DNA from: Methanomassiliicoccaceae archaeon
GTDB lineage: Archaea > Thermoplasmatota > Thermoplasmata > Methanomassiliicoccales > Methanomassiliicoccaceae
Assembly: GCA_040776945.1 (NCBI GenBank)
Contig: JAXGZN010000001.1
Location: 32,001-96,000 of the forward strand
Direction: 5' to 3'
DNA length: 64,000 bases
Shown here: positions 29,813 through 41,473 of the stretch, one piece after another
Position numbering within the stretch: the first letter of the stretch is position 1
How the letters are laid out: every line of letters starts with the position of its first letter
Position numbers and translations under genes: made by a program
Notes under the pieces: model-generated
The model's input: the letters and a program-made list of their open reading frames with translations, nothing else
Database searches by the model: none
What the model was told of the DNA's origin: nothing

Positions 29813-30168
29813 ACCAGCTTCAGATGTCCGGTTATTCTGTCCAACACGTCCGCCGGCCCCGGGCCTACGCCCAAGCAGGTCACGGTGTTGGGCGGGATCT
29901 CGGTCATGCCCGCGTCGGTGATGAGCGAGGTCACCAGGCGGAGAGCTTCAGCATTGCTCTTGACCTCGTAGAGGCCATCGAGCGCGGGCACCTTCACCAC
30001 CACCTTGCGCTGCCCCTCGGCGTACCACCGGTCGAACCATTCCGGCGTTCTCTTCTTGGCCGCGAAGGCGCAGTTCACCGCCGCGTGGGCGACCTGGGCG
30101 GCCATCTTCCCGGCCGAGAGCTTCAGGTCCCACCTGACCACGATGACCATCTTGTAATCCATCGTCAT
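29809..30168 (-). CDS. pth2: Peptidyl-tRNA hydrolase Pth2
   Basis: GKMAAQVAHAA, DAGMTEI, GVGPGP, ITGHLKL. Confidence 0.96.
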   Translation of the reverse strand: MTMDYKMVIVVRWDLKLSAGKMAAQVAHAAVNCAFAAKKRTPEWFDRWYAEGQRKVVVKVPALDGLYEVKSNAEALRLVTSLITDAGMTEIPPNTVTCLGVGPGPADVLDRITGHLKLV

Positions 30169-30383
30169 CACTACAGGCCAGGTTAGCGGGTGCCGGAATA
30201 TAATCCTGATGAGGGCGGTCAAGAGGGATGCGTCAGAACGTATTCCTCCCGGGCGTCAACGGCGTCGACGGCACCCATCGGTGAGATCCCGCCCTCTTGA
30301 TAATGTCCCGTGAACCCTTCCTGCGGCCGACCGGTCTCAAGCACCAGAGGATGCGCGGCCCTCCGGTCTCGCTTATTCGTTCC

Positions 30384-30908
30384 TTACACCGTCGAACCCG
30401 CGAGATCGAGGCTGAGGAAGAAAGAAGGCCCGGAGATGCTCGCCCCATGGATGGTCCTTGAATCGACGCCAGCGTACACGATGATGAATGCAGATATGCT
30501 CTCAGGCGATAGGCCATGAGCCCGATGCGCCTGGTGACGTGCCAATCTCCGTACTCCTTACAGATCACCTGCTGGCCTACGCGGGCTCCTATCGAGAGGG
30601 TGCTTACCGGTGCGCTCATGCCGGAACCTGTCCGGTCTCAAAGATCGATATGGTGACGTACGCTCACCGAGGAACCGTTCTTCGTCATGTTCACCGTTGT
30701 GAAATACCCCCAGGCCTCTCCGTTCGTCGGCGCTACGGTCCAGACCCCGAGACCTCGTAGGTCAGGTCATCGCCGTCCCCCACTGCCAAGCCTGCAAGCG
30801 CGTTCCATGCTTAGGCCGGTGGATCGAAAGTTATCAACAGCGCCGACGCCTCCAGTGCGATCGCGATGGCCGCGAACAGGACGGTATCTTTGTCCGGCCC
30901 CTCCTCAT
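30384..30908 (-). pseudogene. Frameshifted remnant of a membrane-anchored exported protein
   Basis: Consecutive protein-like fragments in shifting frames (signal-anchor, GD..LTYEVSG, VGQQVICKEYG, YAGVDS...LDLAGSTV*) with internal stops. Confidence 0.5.
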
Positions 30909-31010
30909 CGTTTGTAACTCTCGGAGATAGATGCTTGTGCGCCATTGACCATTATGAACGGTCTAGCGAACGAGCAAATTCTAATTAGCCGACCTGCCAT
31001 CCCTCTGACC

Positions 31011-32963
31011 ATGTTCGAGCTCATCAGGCGCGACGGCCTGGCCAGGATCGGAAAGCTGGACACACCACACGGACAGCTGGAAACGCCAGCGTTGTTGCCG
31101 GTGGTGAACCCCCGCCTGGTCACCGTCCCACCCCGGGAAATGCACGATACGTTCGGCTTTCGGGCGCTAATAACCAACTCCTACATCATCAGGAACGATG
31201 CGAAGCTTAACGCCCGGGCAATAGAGGTCGGCCTCCATGAGATGCTGGACTTCCCCGGGGTGATCATGACCGACTCCGGCACCTTCCAGTCGCACATGTA
31301 TGGCGAGGTGGAGGTGAAGAACGAGGACATCGTAAGCTTCCAGAGGGACATCGGCACCGACATAGGGACGGTGTTGGACATCTTCACCGAGCCTGACTGG
31401 AGCAAGGAGAGGACGGCCGGCGCCGTGGACGTGACGATGGAACGGACCATAGAGGCCACGAACCTGAAAGGGAACATGCTGCTGGCGGGCGTAGTGCAGG
31501 GCTCGATCTACGAAGACCTGAGGGAGGACTGCGCCCGCCGCCTCGCGCTCTTGAACGTTGACGTGCATCCCATCGGGGGCGTGGTGCCGCTCATGGAGCA
31601 GTATCGCTTCGCCGAGCTGGTGGACGTTATCGTGGCATCTAAGAAGGGATTGGACCCCAGCCGGCCGGTCCACCTTTTCGGCGCCGGACATCCCATGGTC
31701 TTCGCTCTTGCCACCCTGCTGGGCTGCGACATGTTCGATTCCGCGTCGTACGCGAAGTTCGCCCGAGACGACAGGTTCATGTTCCCCGAGGGGACCGCGA
31801 GCCTCGAGGACATGAAGGGCATCCACTGCCACTGTCCTGCGTGCCGGTCCCACACCTATGAGGAGATAAAGGCGATGGGGCCCGCCGACCGCGCATCGCT
31901 GATCGCCCGCCACAATCTGTGGGTGTCCATGGAGGAGGTGCAGCGCATCAGGAGGGCGGTCCTGGAGGGTGACCTGTGGGAGCTCGTGGAGAGGCGCTGC
32001 CGCGCCCATCCCGCCCTGCTGAGCGCCCTGCGAAGGCTGGGAAAGCACAAGGAATACTTAGAGAGGTTCGAGCCCCTGAGCCGTGACAACAGCCTGCTGT
32101 ACACCGGCCCCGAGACCCTGGACCGGCCAGCGCTCCTTAGGTATGAAAAGAGGTTCTTCGAGCGGTACAAGTATCCGGACACCGAGGTCATGGTGGCGTT
32201 CGAGGAGTCGGGAAAGCCGTACGCCAAGCGTTACCAGAAGGAGATGGGCGATGTCATGGAGACATGCGACGCGCACTTCTTCGTGGCCTCGCCCATCGGC
32301 CCCGTGCCGATCGAGCTTGATGAGATGTACCCCATTGCCCAATCGCTCTTCCCTGACCCTCCGGACCTGGAGACCAAGGAGAGGATAAAGGAGCAGATGG
32401 AACATCTCTCCCATGAGCACCCCTATGCCCTAGGGGTGGCGTGGGACGGGCAGGCGACCATCGACACGCTGGAGATGATGTGCCAGAAGGAGCCGTCCTT
32501 CAACATTGATCTGGCTAGGGTCCGGGCAGTGAGCGACTACCAGTTCGGAAAGGATGCTGCAGACCTGCTTCTCGACGGAGAGATCGAGATAAGAAAATCG
32601 GAGAACACCGGCAAGGTACGCAATGTGCTGGTCAACGGGGAGCACATCCTGTCGATGCGTGCCAACGACGGATTCTTCACGCTCCGGCCTCCAGGCGCCG
32701 CACGCCTGAAGAACGGTTTCCACGCGCCGAGGCTCCGGGTCACGGTCAAGGACGACTCCGTTCCGTTCAACCGTGAGGGCAAGAACGTGTTCTGCACCTT
32801 CGTCTCCGACTGCGACCCCGAGGTCCGCCCCATGGACGAGGTCATGGTCGTCGATAAGGACGATAACCTGGTCGCCCTGGGCCGGGCGTTGCTGACCAGG
32901 GACGAGATGTTCTCCTTCCGCACCGGGATCGCGGTCAAGGTCCGCGAAGGGATCAAGCTCTGA
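31011..32963 (+). CDS. tgtA: Archaeosine tRNA-guanine(15) transglycosylase with PUA domain
   Basis: RDGLARIG, ETPALLPV, MTDSG.FQ, HLFGAGHP, FDSASY, CHCPAC..H, C-terminal PUA domain. Confidence 0.97.
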   Translation: MFELIRRDGLARIGKLDTPHGQLETPALLPVVNPRLVTVPPREMHDTFGFRALITNSYIIRNDAKLNARAIEVGLHEMLDFPGVIMTDSGTFQSHMYGEVEVKNEDIVSFQRDIGTDIGTVLDIFTEPDWSKERTAGAVDVTMERTIEATNLKGNMLLAGVVQGSIYEDLREDCARRLALLNVDVHPIGGVVPLMEQYRFAELVDVIVASKKGLDPSRPVHLFGAGHPMVFALATLLGCDMFDSASYAKFARDDRFMFPEGTASLEDMKGIHCHCPACRSHTYEEIKAMGPADRASLIARHNLWVSMEEVQRIRRAVLEGDLWELVERRCRAHPALLSALRRLGKHKEYLERFEPLSRDNSLLYTGPETLDRPALLRYEKRFFERYKYPDTEVMVAFEESGKPYAKRYQKEMGDVMETCDAHFFVASPIGPVPIELDEMYPIAQSLFPDPPDLETKERIKEQMEHLSHEHPYALGVAWDGQATIDTLEMMCQKEPSFNIDLARVRAVSDYQFGKDAADLLLDGEIEIRKSENTGKVRNVLVNGEHILSMRANDGFFTLRPPGAARLKNGFHAPRLRVTVKDDSVPFNREGKNVFCTFVSDCDPEVRPMDEVMVVDKDDNLVALGRALLTRDEMFSFRTGIAVKVREGIKL

Positions 32964-33191
32964 TCACCTCGCCGCCTTCACCGCCTCCTCGGCCACCTTG
33001 AGGCAGGCCAAAAGGTCCTCCAAGGTATGCAGCATCTGCGGGGAGGTGTCGGATCGAGAGCGTATTATGACCTTGCGGCCCTCTCTTCGTGCTTCAGCAT
33101 AAGGGGCATTGTCCGGCGATATAGCCTCCAGCACCGCGGCGGCATCCTTCTCGTCGTCATATTCCAGGACGATCTCGCATTCGACGCTCAC
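32964..33191 (-). CDS. pcc1: KEOPS complex subunit Pcc1
   Basis: 75 aa from GTG 33191: AVLEAISPDN...MLHTLEDLLACLKVAE. Confidence 0.85.
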   Translation of the reverse strand: MSVECEIVLEYDDEKDAAAVLEAISPDNAPYAEARREGRKVIIRSRSDTSPQMLHTLEDLLACLKVAEEAVKAAR

Positions 33192-33288
33192 GCGCCTATT
33201 ATGGATATGGCGGGAAAAAGGATTGTGGGCGTTCGTACTCGCTTTCGGGAACAATTTATACTTGCAGCCCGAATGATGTAACGGGACC

Positions 33289-33807
33289 ATGGAGCTTATC
33301 GAGTTCTTCGAGAGGAGAAGGAGCGTTAGGGTGTTCACGGACGAGCCTGTTCCTGACGAGATCATAGAGAACGCGCTCATGGTGGCGAACTTGGCCCCTT
33401 CAGCGGGTAACTTACAGGCCAGGGACTTCGTCATAGTTAGGGATGAAAAGGTCCGAAAGGCACTGGCAGAGGCCTCTCCGGGCCACAGGTTCCTGGAGAC
33501 CGTATCGGTGATAATCGTATGCTGCGCCAACCACGACCGCATCATCCAGTACGGGCCCCGCGGGAGGAACCTGTTCTGCATCCAGGACGTCTCGGTCTCG
33601 ATAGAGAACATGCTGCTGTACCTAGCGGCCAGCGGATATGGGGCGTGCTGGATAGGGACCTTCGACGAGGAGATGGTCGCCTCCGCGCTCGGCCTTCCGC
33701 CGCATGTCCGCCCGCTCACCCTGGTGCCGGTAGGCAAGCCCAAGAAAGAGGGCGTGAGGCCTCCGAGGATGGACATAAAAAGGCTGGTACATCATGATCG
33801 CTGGTGA
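33289..33807 (+). CDS. Nitroreductase family protein
   Basis: RRSVR.F, APSAGNLQ, GYGACWIG. Confidence 0.95.
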   Translation: MELIEFFERRRSVRVFTDEPVPDEIIENALMVANLAPSAGNLQARDFVIVRDEKVRKALAEASPGHRFLETVSVIIVCCANHDRIIQYGPRGRNLFCIQDVSVSIENMLLYLAASGYGACWIGTFDEEMVASALGLPPHVRPLTLVPVGKPKKEGVRPPRMDIKRLVHHDRW

Positions 33808-33832
33808 TCTGGTGCACGATAGGGGGCGGAGG

Positions 33833-33905
33833 TAGCCCCGGGCAGATTCGAACTGCCGTCGCCGGCTCCAAAGGCCGGCATGATTGACCACTACACTACG
33901 GGGCT
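33833..33905 (-). tRNA. tRNA-Gln(UUG)
   Basis: AGCCCCG...CCGGC-CTTTGGA-GCCGG...GTTCGAATC...CGGGGCTA; archaeal A1:U72 pair. Confidence 0.97.
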
Positions 33906-33958
33906 ATGGCCGGCGCCGTCCTCCGGGCCGACGAACTGAGGAATAATGAGTATGTATT

Positions 33959-35236
33959 TCAGGCTTTACCCTCGCCGCGCGATCTCGGGCCTTCGCCCTC
34001 ACAGGGCCGGGCGAACAGATGGGTCGGGGCGCTGTCGGTGATCTCGATGTCCAATGCTGTGCCGAGGGGCAGGCGGCCGGGGAGTACGACCTGCTTGTAG
34101 CTGCGGGTCCTGGCGATGGAGGTGCCGTTCTTCCCCTCTTCGGTCACCACGACCCTTTCCTCCCTGCCGACCAAGGCGGCGTTGATCTCCCTGGATATCT
34201 CAAAGCGGAGCTTCGACAGTTCCCTGGACCTCTCCTTGGAGATCCGGCCGGGCACCTGGTCCTTCGCTCTCGCGGCCTGCGTGCCTTTCCGGGGGGAGAA
34301 GCGGGTCACGTTCACGATGTCCGGCCGAACCGCCCTTAAGAGTTTGACGGTGGCGCGGTGATCGTCCTCGGTCTCCCCGGGGAACCCGGTGATGACATCG
34401 GTGGACAGCGTCATCTCTGGCGACGCTTCCTTCAGCCGTCGGACCAGGGATGCGAAATCGCCGGGAGCATATCCGCGGTTCATCCTCTCAAGCACCTTGG
34501 GGCTGCCGCTCTGCACCGGGAGATGGATGAACTGGTAGACCTTCGGGACCGTCCACGAGGGAACGAACCGATCGATCAGCTTGCCGAGGTTGTCCGGATT
34601 CATCATACCCACACGGACCATGAAGTCGCCCGAGAGGGCGGTGATCCGGTCAAGGAGGACCGAGAGGTCAGTGCCCATGTCGAAGCCGTAACATGCAGTG
34701 TCCTGGGCGGTTACCAGCAGCTCTCTCGCTCCGGACCGCAGGGCCGATCGCGCGGAATCCACGATCTCATCCATCGGGTAGCTTGACAGCAGGCCTCGGG
34801 CAAATCGGGTGATACAGTACGTGCAAGCTCCCAGGCAGCCCTGGGCCACCGGGAGCACCGAGGTGACCTGAGCTCCGTGAACGGCCATCGGCAGCGCGTC
34901 CCCCCGGCCGAAGCTGCTCTCTACCATTTTCGAGAAGGATGAGTAGTCACGGGGGGCGAGGATTAGCGCGCCGGGTGCGTTCCTCACGATGTCGTCCGGT
35001 TGCACCGAGGCCATGCAGCCGACCACGATGAGCCTCTTGCTGCCTCCAAGCTCCTTCATCCTCCTGATCATGCGGCCCTCGGTCTCCTTGATCACCGTGC
35101 AGGTGTTCAGGACGACCACGTCCGCGTCCGAGACGTTGTCCACGACCTCATGTCCAAGGGCACGGAGCCTCGAGGCCAGCTCCGCTCCCTCCCCTTGGTT
35201 CATGGTGCAGCCGTAGGTCTCCACGCTGACCTTCAC
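33959..35236 (-). CDS. mtaB: tRNA t6A37 methylthiotransferase (MiaB/MtaB-like radical SAM)
   Basis: TYGCTMN, NTCTV, GC (UPF0004 domain), CLGACTYC, HLPVQSG, C-terminal TRAM domain. Confidence 0.93.
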   Translation of the reverse strand: MKVSVETYGCTMNQGEGAELASRLRALGHEVVDNVSDADVVVLNTCTVIKETEGRMIRRMKELGGSKRLIVVGCMASVQPDDIVRNAPGALILAPRDYSSFSKMVESSFGRGDALPMAVHGAQVTSVLPVAQGCLGACTYCITRFARGLLSSYPMDEIVDSARSALRSGARELLVTAQDTACYGFDMGTDLSVLLDRITALSGDFMVRVGMMNPDNLGKLIDRFVPSWTVPKVYQFIHLPVQSGSPKVLERMNRGYAPGDFASLVRRLKEASPEMTLSTDVITGFPGETEDDHRATVKLLRAVRPDIVNVTRFSPRKGTQAARAKDQVPGRISKERSRELSKLRFEISREINAALVGREERVVVTEEGKNGTSIARTRSYKQVVLPGRLPLGTALDIEITDSAPTHLFARPCEGEGPRSRGEGKA

Positions 35237-35360
35237 GCAACGCCCATCGGGACGTCCCTATTAAGGTTTTTACCGATCTAGCCTTAAGAGCGCCTGCATG
35301 CTTCCGTCCGCTCTCCATCTGATGTACATGCGACCGGCGAGGCCTGGGCCTTCGGGGGGT

Positions 35361-36092
35361 TCACTCGCCTTTCGCCGGCCTGCCGACCACGGACATGTAG
35401 ACCGCGCTCTCCCTGGTACCATCTACGCCTAGCAGACTGTTCATCTCATCGTCGTACATGGCGGCTATTTGGCAGGAGCCGAGACCCATGGACGCGGCGG
35501 CGATGGCCATGTTGGCGGCGACATGCGCGGCGTCCAGGTAAATATAGCGATATCCTCTCTGCCCGTACTTCCACACCGTTCGCTCGAAGACCGCGGTGTG
35601 AACTAGCGCTAGGGGCGCCTGGGCGCACATGGCCTGGTCAAGGGCGCAGGCGGCGGCCTCCCTGCCGAGCGGGCCGGCCTTCAGGCGCTGCAGGGAGTGA
35701 TCCCTTACATCATAGTGGTACAGGCCCGGAGGTAAGTCCTCCACCTGGTTGACGAGAACGTAGGTCTCTATAGGATATAGTCCGCCGGCGGAAGGCGAGG
35801 TGCGGAATAGGTGGCCCTGCCTTTGCTCCCTTGCCCCTGTTGCCGCCCACAGCAAATAGGACAGTTCGTGGATAGACAACGACCCAGGAACGAAACGCCT
35901 CACGCTCCTCCTTGCGTGCAGAGCCTCGTCCACCGAGGACGTTGCGGCCGTCGGTGGCGGCAAAGGTAGCCTCTCGGCCTGAGGAAATTCCTTGTAGGCT
36001 GGAGGCTTGGCGGACCAGTTCAGCCTCTTCCCCGTCAACATCGAGCGGACGTGCTTGGTGAGTTCCTGGAACCTCTCCCCGATCGTTTCCAT
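35361..36092 (-). CDS. SagB/ThcOx-family FMN dehydrogenase (nitroreductase fold)
   Basis: RRSVR, RTSPSAGGLYP, KYGQRGYRYIYLDAAH. Confidence 0.93.
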   Translation of the reverse strand: METIGERFQELTKHVRSMLTGKRLNWSAKPPAYKEFPQAERLPLPPPTAATSSVDEALHARRSVRRFVPGSLSIHELSYLLWAATGAREQRQGHLFRTSPSAGGLYPIETYVLVNQVEDLPPGLYHYDVRDHSLQRLKAGPLGREAAACALDQAMCAQAPLALVHTAVFERTVWKYGQRGYRYIYLDAAHVAANMAIAAASMGLGSCQIAAMYDDEMNSLLGVDGTRESAVYMSVVGRPAKGE

Positions 36093-36198
36093 ACGAATTG
36101 TATCTGGATATGACGGCATAAGCATGGCGCCGTTCTTCGGATTTATGTTCAGCCGATGTTCCGCGCGGGGCCGGATTCCATTGGGAGACCGCGATCCA

Positions 36199-36711
36199 TT
36201 AAAGGTTACCTTTCTGGTCAAGAGATAGGGGAGCCTTACCAGTAGTTGCGAACACATGCTTCGATCGCGCAGGGTTCCCGGTCACTGCGACTACCTCTCC
36301 TACGAAGAGGGTATGGTCTCCGACCTCGTGGGCCTGCACCAGCTTGCATTCGAAGGCAGCTGTGCACTCTCCGACCGTCGGCGGCCTGACCTTCTTGCTT
36401 GGCGAAGCGGCCAGTCCGGTCTGGGCGAACTTGTCCTCGCGGCGCCCGGAATGCGTCCCGCAGTACATGGCCGATTTCTCCTGTTCTGCGGACGGATAGC
36501 ATATCACGAACTCCTTGCAGCTCTTGATCAGGCCGTTGGAATATCGGCCATGGCCGATGGAGACGGCCATGAGGAACGGTTCGAACGATATCCTGGTCAC
36601 CCAGGAGGCGCCCATTACGTTAGGTCTGCCCTCGTCGTCCACCGAGGTGACGAGCACATACGGCAGTGGCGAGGTTAAACTGAAGCCGGTATTGAAATCG
36701 AGCTCGTCCAT
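36199..36711 (-). CDS. Flavin reductase-like (flavoredoxin) protein
   Basis: LVTS..GRPNVM, CGTHSGR..DKF, FECKL, GDHTLFVGEV. Confidence 0.93.
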   Translation of the reverse strand: MDELDFNTGFSLTSPLPYVLVTSVDDEGRPNVMGASWVTRISFEPFLMAVSIGHGRYSNGLIKSCKEFVICYPSAEQEKSAMYCGTHSGRREDKFAQTGLAASPSKKVRPPTVGECTAAFECKLVQAHEVGDHTLFVGEVVAVTGNPARSKHVFATTGKAPLSLDQKGNL

Positions 36712-37060
36712 GCGATAAAAAGGATAGGTCGGTTTATAAATAATATAAGGCGAAAGGCAACGGCATAGGCGGGGCCGATGGAGCGGACGGGTTGCTGGCC
36801 TGCGCCGATTCCTTTTCTCTTAAGGTCCTCTTCGTTCCTGGTAACCGGCCAGCTTAGAGGCGTAGGAAATTGAGGCATGGGTGACTCCAGTATGTCTTCT
36901 CATGCTCCAGGATGCGTTTATGGACGCGCCTATTGACGCTGGGAGAATGATCGGTGCCCGGGCCATAATGGGCTGGATTGGGCTCCGGGGCTTATGGACG
37001 AGCTACTTAGAACGGTCGGGCCCCAAGACTTTTTCTAAGAATACCCTTTTCCCAAAAGGG

Positions 37061-38473
37061 ATGGCGGTCATTGAAAAAAGCAGGGAACAGGTGCTCTTGC
37101 TGATCGTCATCGTCTTCCTGACGACCATGGACGGGATGGATGCCTCCATCGTGAACATCGCGCTGCCCAGTATCGCGTCCTCGTTCCTGGTCGACACCAG
37201 CACTGCCTCGTGGGTCTCTTTGACATATTTCATGATGATGGCTGGCCTTCTCCTGGTGTTCGGCCGTCTGGCGGATCGAGGCATTATCAAGAAGGTCCTT
37301 ATGTCGGGTTTGGCCCTCTTTACGATATTTTCTCTTGTCTGCGGATTGGCCATCACCTTCGAGGTGCTGATCATCGGCCGGATCTTCCAGGGTGTGGGCG
37401 CGGCCGTCATGGGGGCCTGCGCCCCCCTCCTATGCGTCAGGTTCCTCCCAAAGAGCAGGCTCGGACTGGGTATGAGCACGATAGCCATAGGGGCGTCCAT
37501 AGGATATGCGTCGGGACCGACCCTAGGCGGAATTATAACCCAATATCTCTCCTGGCACTGGATATTCATCATCAATTTGCCCATTGGGATCGCCGGCATT
37601 CTGTTCATGGCAAAGGCCATACCCAAGGACGAAGGCAATGGCCGGGCCTATTTTGACGTCCCGGGGTCCGCACTATCGGTGATTGCCATGATCGCTGGAG
37701 TATTCGCGATAGAGCGATCTTCCCATGTCGGGATCGAGGATTTTCAGATAGTCGCGGCCATCTTCATTTTCATCGTATCGACCATTCTATTCATCCTGTG
37801 GGAGAGAAGATGCGCAGAGCCGATCCTGAACCTCAGCATATTTCGCTCCTGGGAATTCAACTCGGTGTTCTCGGCATACCTGTTGATCAATCTGGTAGGG
37901 ACAGGAATATGGTATCTGACGCCGTTCTATCTTTCTCTGGCCATGGGTCTCGATCCAGCCACGAGCGGGTTGTTCATGCTGATACCGCCGGTCGTGACCC
38001 TGATGATCAGTGTTCCTATCGGCAAGCTGTCCGATCGTTCCGGTAGAAGATGGTTCAGCGTCATGTCCTGCATGGCCATGACCACCGCCAGCGGCATCCT
38101 GTTCCTGATCGATCCGGTGAATGGAGCGGCCCCTCTATTGATCGCCTTGTTCTTCATGGGCGTCCTGTGGGGGTCCTGTGGTCCGGCCGCGAGCCGCATC
38201 GTTGAGAAGATAGGTACTCGTGAGAAGGGAACGGGCTCCGCCCTCATCGCAGTCGCGGCATATCTGGGAGCGGCCGTGGGGGCGGCCGCCTATGCCGCGC
38301 TCTTCTCCACCCTGAGCGGTGCCGGCAATACTCCGTTCGCAGATCTTGACATCCATGTTTTCCTGGAAGGCTACCACGGCGTCATGCTGGTGGGCATGGC
38401 CATGGCAGCATTGGGCGTTGTGCTATCGGCCGCAGTTAAAGATGAGGAGCGCCGTCCCGAAACGACGGGGTGA
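37061..38473 (+). CDS. MFS transporter, DHA2 family
   Basis: DASIVNIALP, GRLADRG, GPTLGG, WHWIFIINLPIG; start likely MAVIEKS. Confidence 0.92.
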   Translation: MAVIEKSREQVLLLIVIVFLTTMDGMDASIVNIALPSIASSFLVDTSTASWVSLTYFMMMAGLLLVFGRLADRGIIKKVLMSGLALFTIFSLVCGLAITFEVLIIGRIFQGVGAAVMGACAPLLCVRFLPKSRLGLGMSTIAIGASIGYASGPTLGGIITQYLSWHWIFIINLPIGIAGILFMAKAIPKDEGNGRAYFDVPGSALSVIAMIAGVFAIERSSHVGIEDFQIVAAIFIFIVSTILFILWERRCAEPILNLSIFRSWEFNSVFSAYLLINLVGTGIWYLTPFYLSLAMGLDPATSGLFMLIPPVVTLMISVPIGKLSDRSGRRWFSVMSCMAMTTASGILFLIDPVNGAAPLLIALFFMGVLWGSCGPAASRIVEKIGTREKGTGSALIAVAAYLGAAVGAAAYAALFSTLSGAGNTPFADLDIHVFLEGYHGVMLVGMAMAALGVVLSAAVKDEERRPETTG

Positions 38474-38555
38474 ACGGCCATTATCTTCCATGAACGGTTA
38501 GGACGGTCGGGAGATGCATCCGGAGAGGCCCCGTCTATGCCGATAGATATACAAA

Positions 38556-38642
38556 TGGCGCGAAGGGGGGGATTTGAACCCCCGAGACCGAGCGGTCACA
38601 GGATTAGCAATCCTGCGCCTTACCGGGCTGGGCTACCTCCGC
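38556..38642 (-). tRNA. tRNA-Ser(GCU)
   Basis: GCGGAGG...CAGGA-TTGCTAA-TCCTG, long variable arm, G73, encoded CCA. Confidence 0.97.
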
Positions 38643-38965
38643 TTTGATGCCACACAACGGACTGCTCCACTTAAACTTTTTTGTCCTGGGAATGCTCACC
38701 GGCCCCTCCAAACATTCTAATTGATAAGGGATTTGGGAGATGGTGATTCCTTCGCCTCAGTTATTATTTGTATATATGTCCAAGTTACGTCCAAGTACGG
38801 TCCAAGCTGGAGATCGAGCAGAAAATAAGAGGCGTCCCCGGAGATCCATTAGGCCGGTCCGTAGGCAACGAGCTATGGTCCCGGAGGCCGCGGGGCCTAA
38901 CAAGGCGTCCGATGGCCGAGCTTCCCGTTCCGAGGAACGCACGGTGGAAGAGGACTGCAACAATC

Positions 38966-39182
38966 TTTATATATCAGTGCTGAATAAGGAGGTTTTGCTG
39001 TGAGATATGGAATAACAAAGATACCATATCTTCCATACATTCAGATCGGAGGAAAAAGGACTTTCATCCTGTGTGAAAGGTCTTATATATGACTTCGGTT
39101 TTAATGGGAAAGGCGCGGATGTGGAAGGAAATGAACACATCCTCGTAAAAACGCAGAACCCGAGCATACAAATGCTTAAATA
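38966..39182 (+). promoter_or_regulatory. Tandem TATA boxes upstream of the 16S rRNA gene
   Basis: TTTATATA (38966), TTATATAT (39083, after GAAAGG), CTTAAATA (39175). Confidence 0.5.
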
Positions 39183-39475
39183 CAACATCTGTATTTATGG
39201 GAAAGCTGCGTTAGACAGCAAACGATGCTGCGAAACGGTCCTGAGCGACGGTCGAAAGGCCGGCTATGAGGAGATCGTATCCAAAGCTTCGTACACATGA
39301 CATGGAGAACTGAGATCTCCGCGTATCACGCGTGCTCTCTTGGTTCTGACGTTCGATGCAATGTAACCAACCCATAACAAGAATAATATCACAGCGTGGT
39401 TACGCTGGTGAAACTTGGTAATCCTGCCAACCTATAAGTGTGTCCTGACGGCAACTTCTGTTGCTTAAGGAATGG

Positions 39476-40943
<1,468 letters not shown>

Positions 40944-41473
40944 ACGTTAACAACCAGCAAGGAGAGGCCCTAGTGCCTTTCCCTGCCCAATTCCTGGTAG
41001 GATACCAAGCACCAAAACAAATTGCATCGAACGTCATTGTCAGTTTATTTTCTAATATGACCCCAGAACTCATATGCGATTTCGTTCTAGCGTTTCCAGC
41101 GAATCGTGACAAGCCCTTGCCACTGGCACTGGTTACAATCAAGAACGTAAGTCCTTATTAAAATTTTCAACGCTGCCTTCAGACATCGTATCGATTCTCT
41201 TCCGATCAAGCCCTATGAAATCCTTTGTTCGTGTTCACAATAGAACAAAATTGCTTCCCGCTCGCTGCGAGTTCGTTCGAACACAAGTTCGCCATGTTTC
41301 AAATCCGCAGTAAGGAGCATCACGACGAGCCCCGAGCCATAGACGAAGATGTGATCTAGATGAGCTTCCAACCTAGATAGGAGGATGGCAGCTTAACCTT
41401 TGGCGAAACCAATGGAGATATTGGCAGAAGGTTAGTATGGCCTCCTTTCTTGAAAACTGACGGAATAATAATG

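Noticed and set aside
30223-30420. RNase P or SRP RNA in the pth2-tgtA gap
   Set aside because: The P4 (GAGGAAAGTCC) and SRP helix-8 signatures were not found
33192-33776. 270-aa ORF containing Pcc1
   Set aside because: The upstream part is antisense to the nitroreductase; only the last 75 aa are Pcc1
41119-41125. GCCACTG as part of a cobalamin riboswitch upstream of the ABC operon
   Set aside because: Other B12-element motifs are missing and it lies upstream of the likely TATA box
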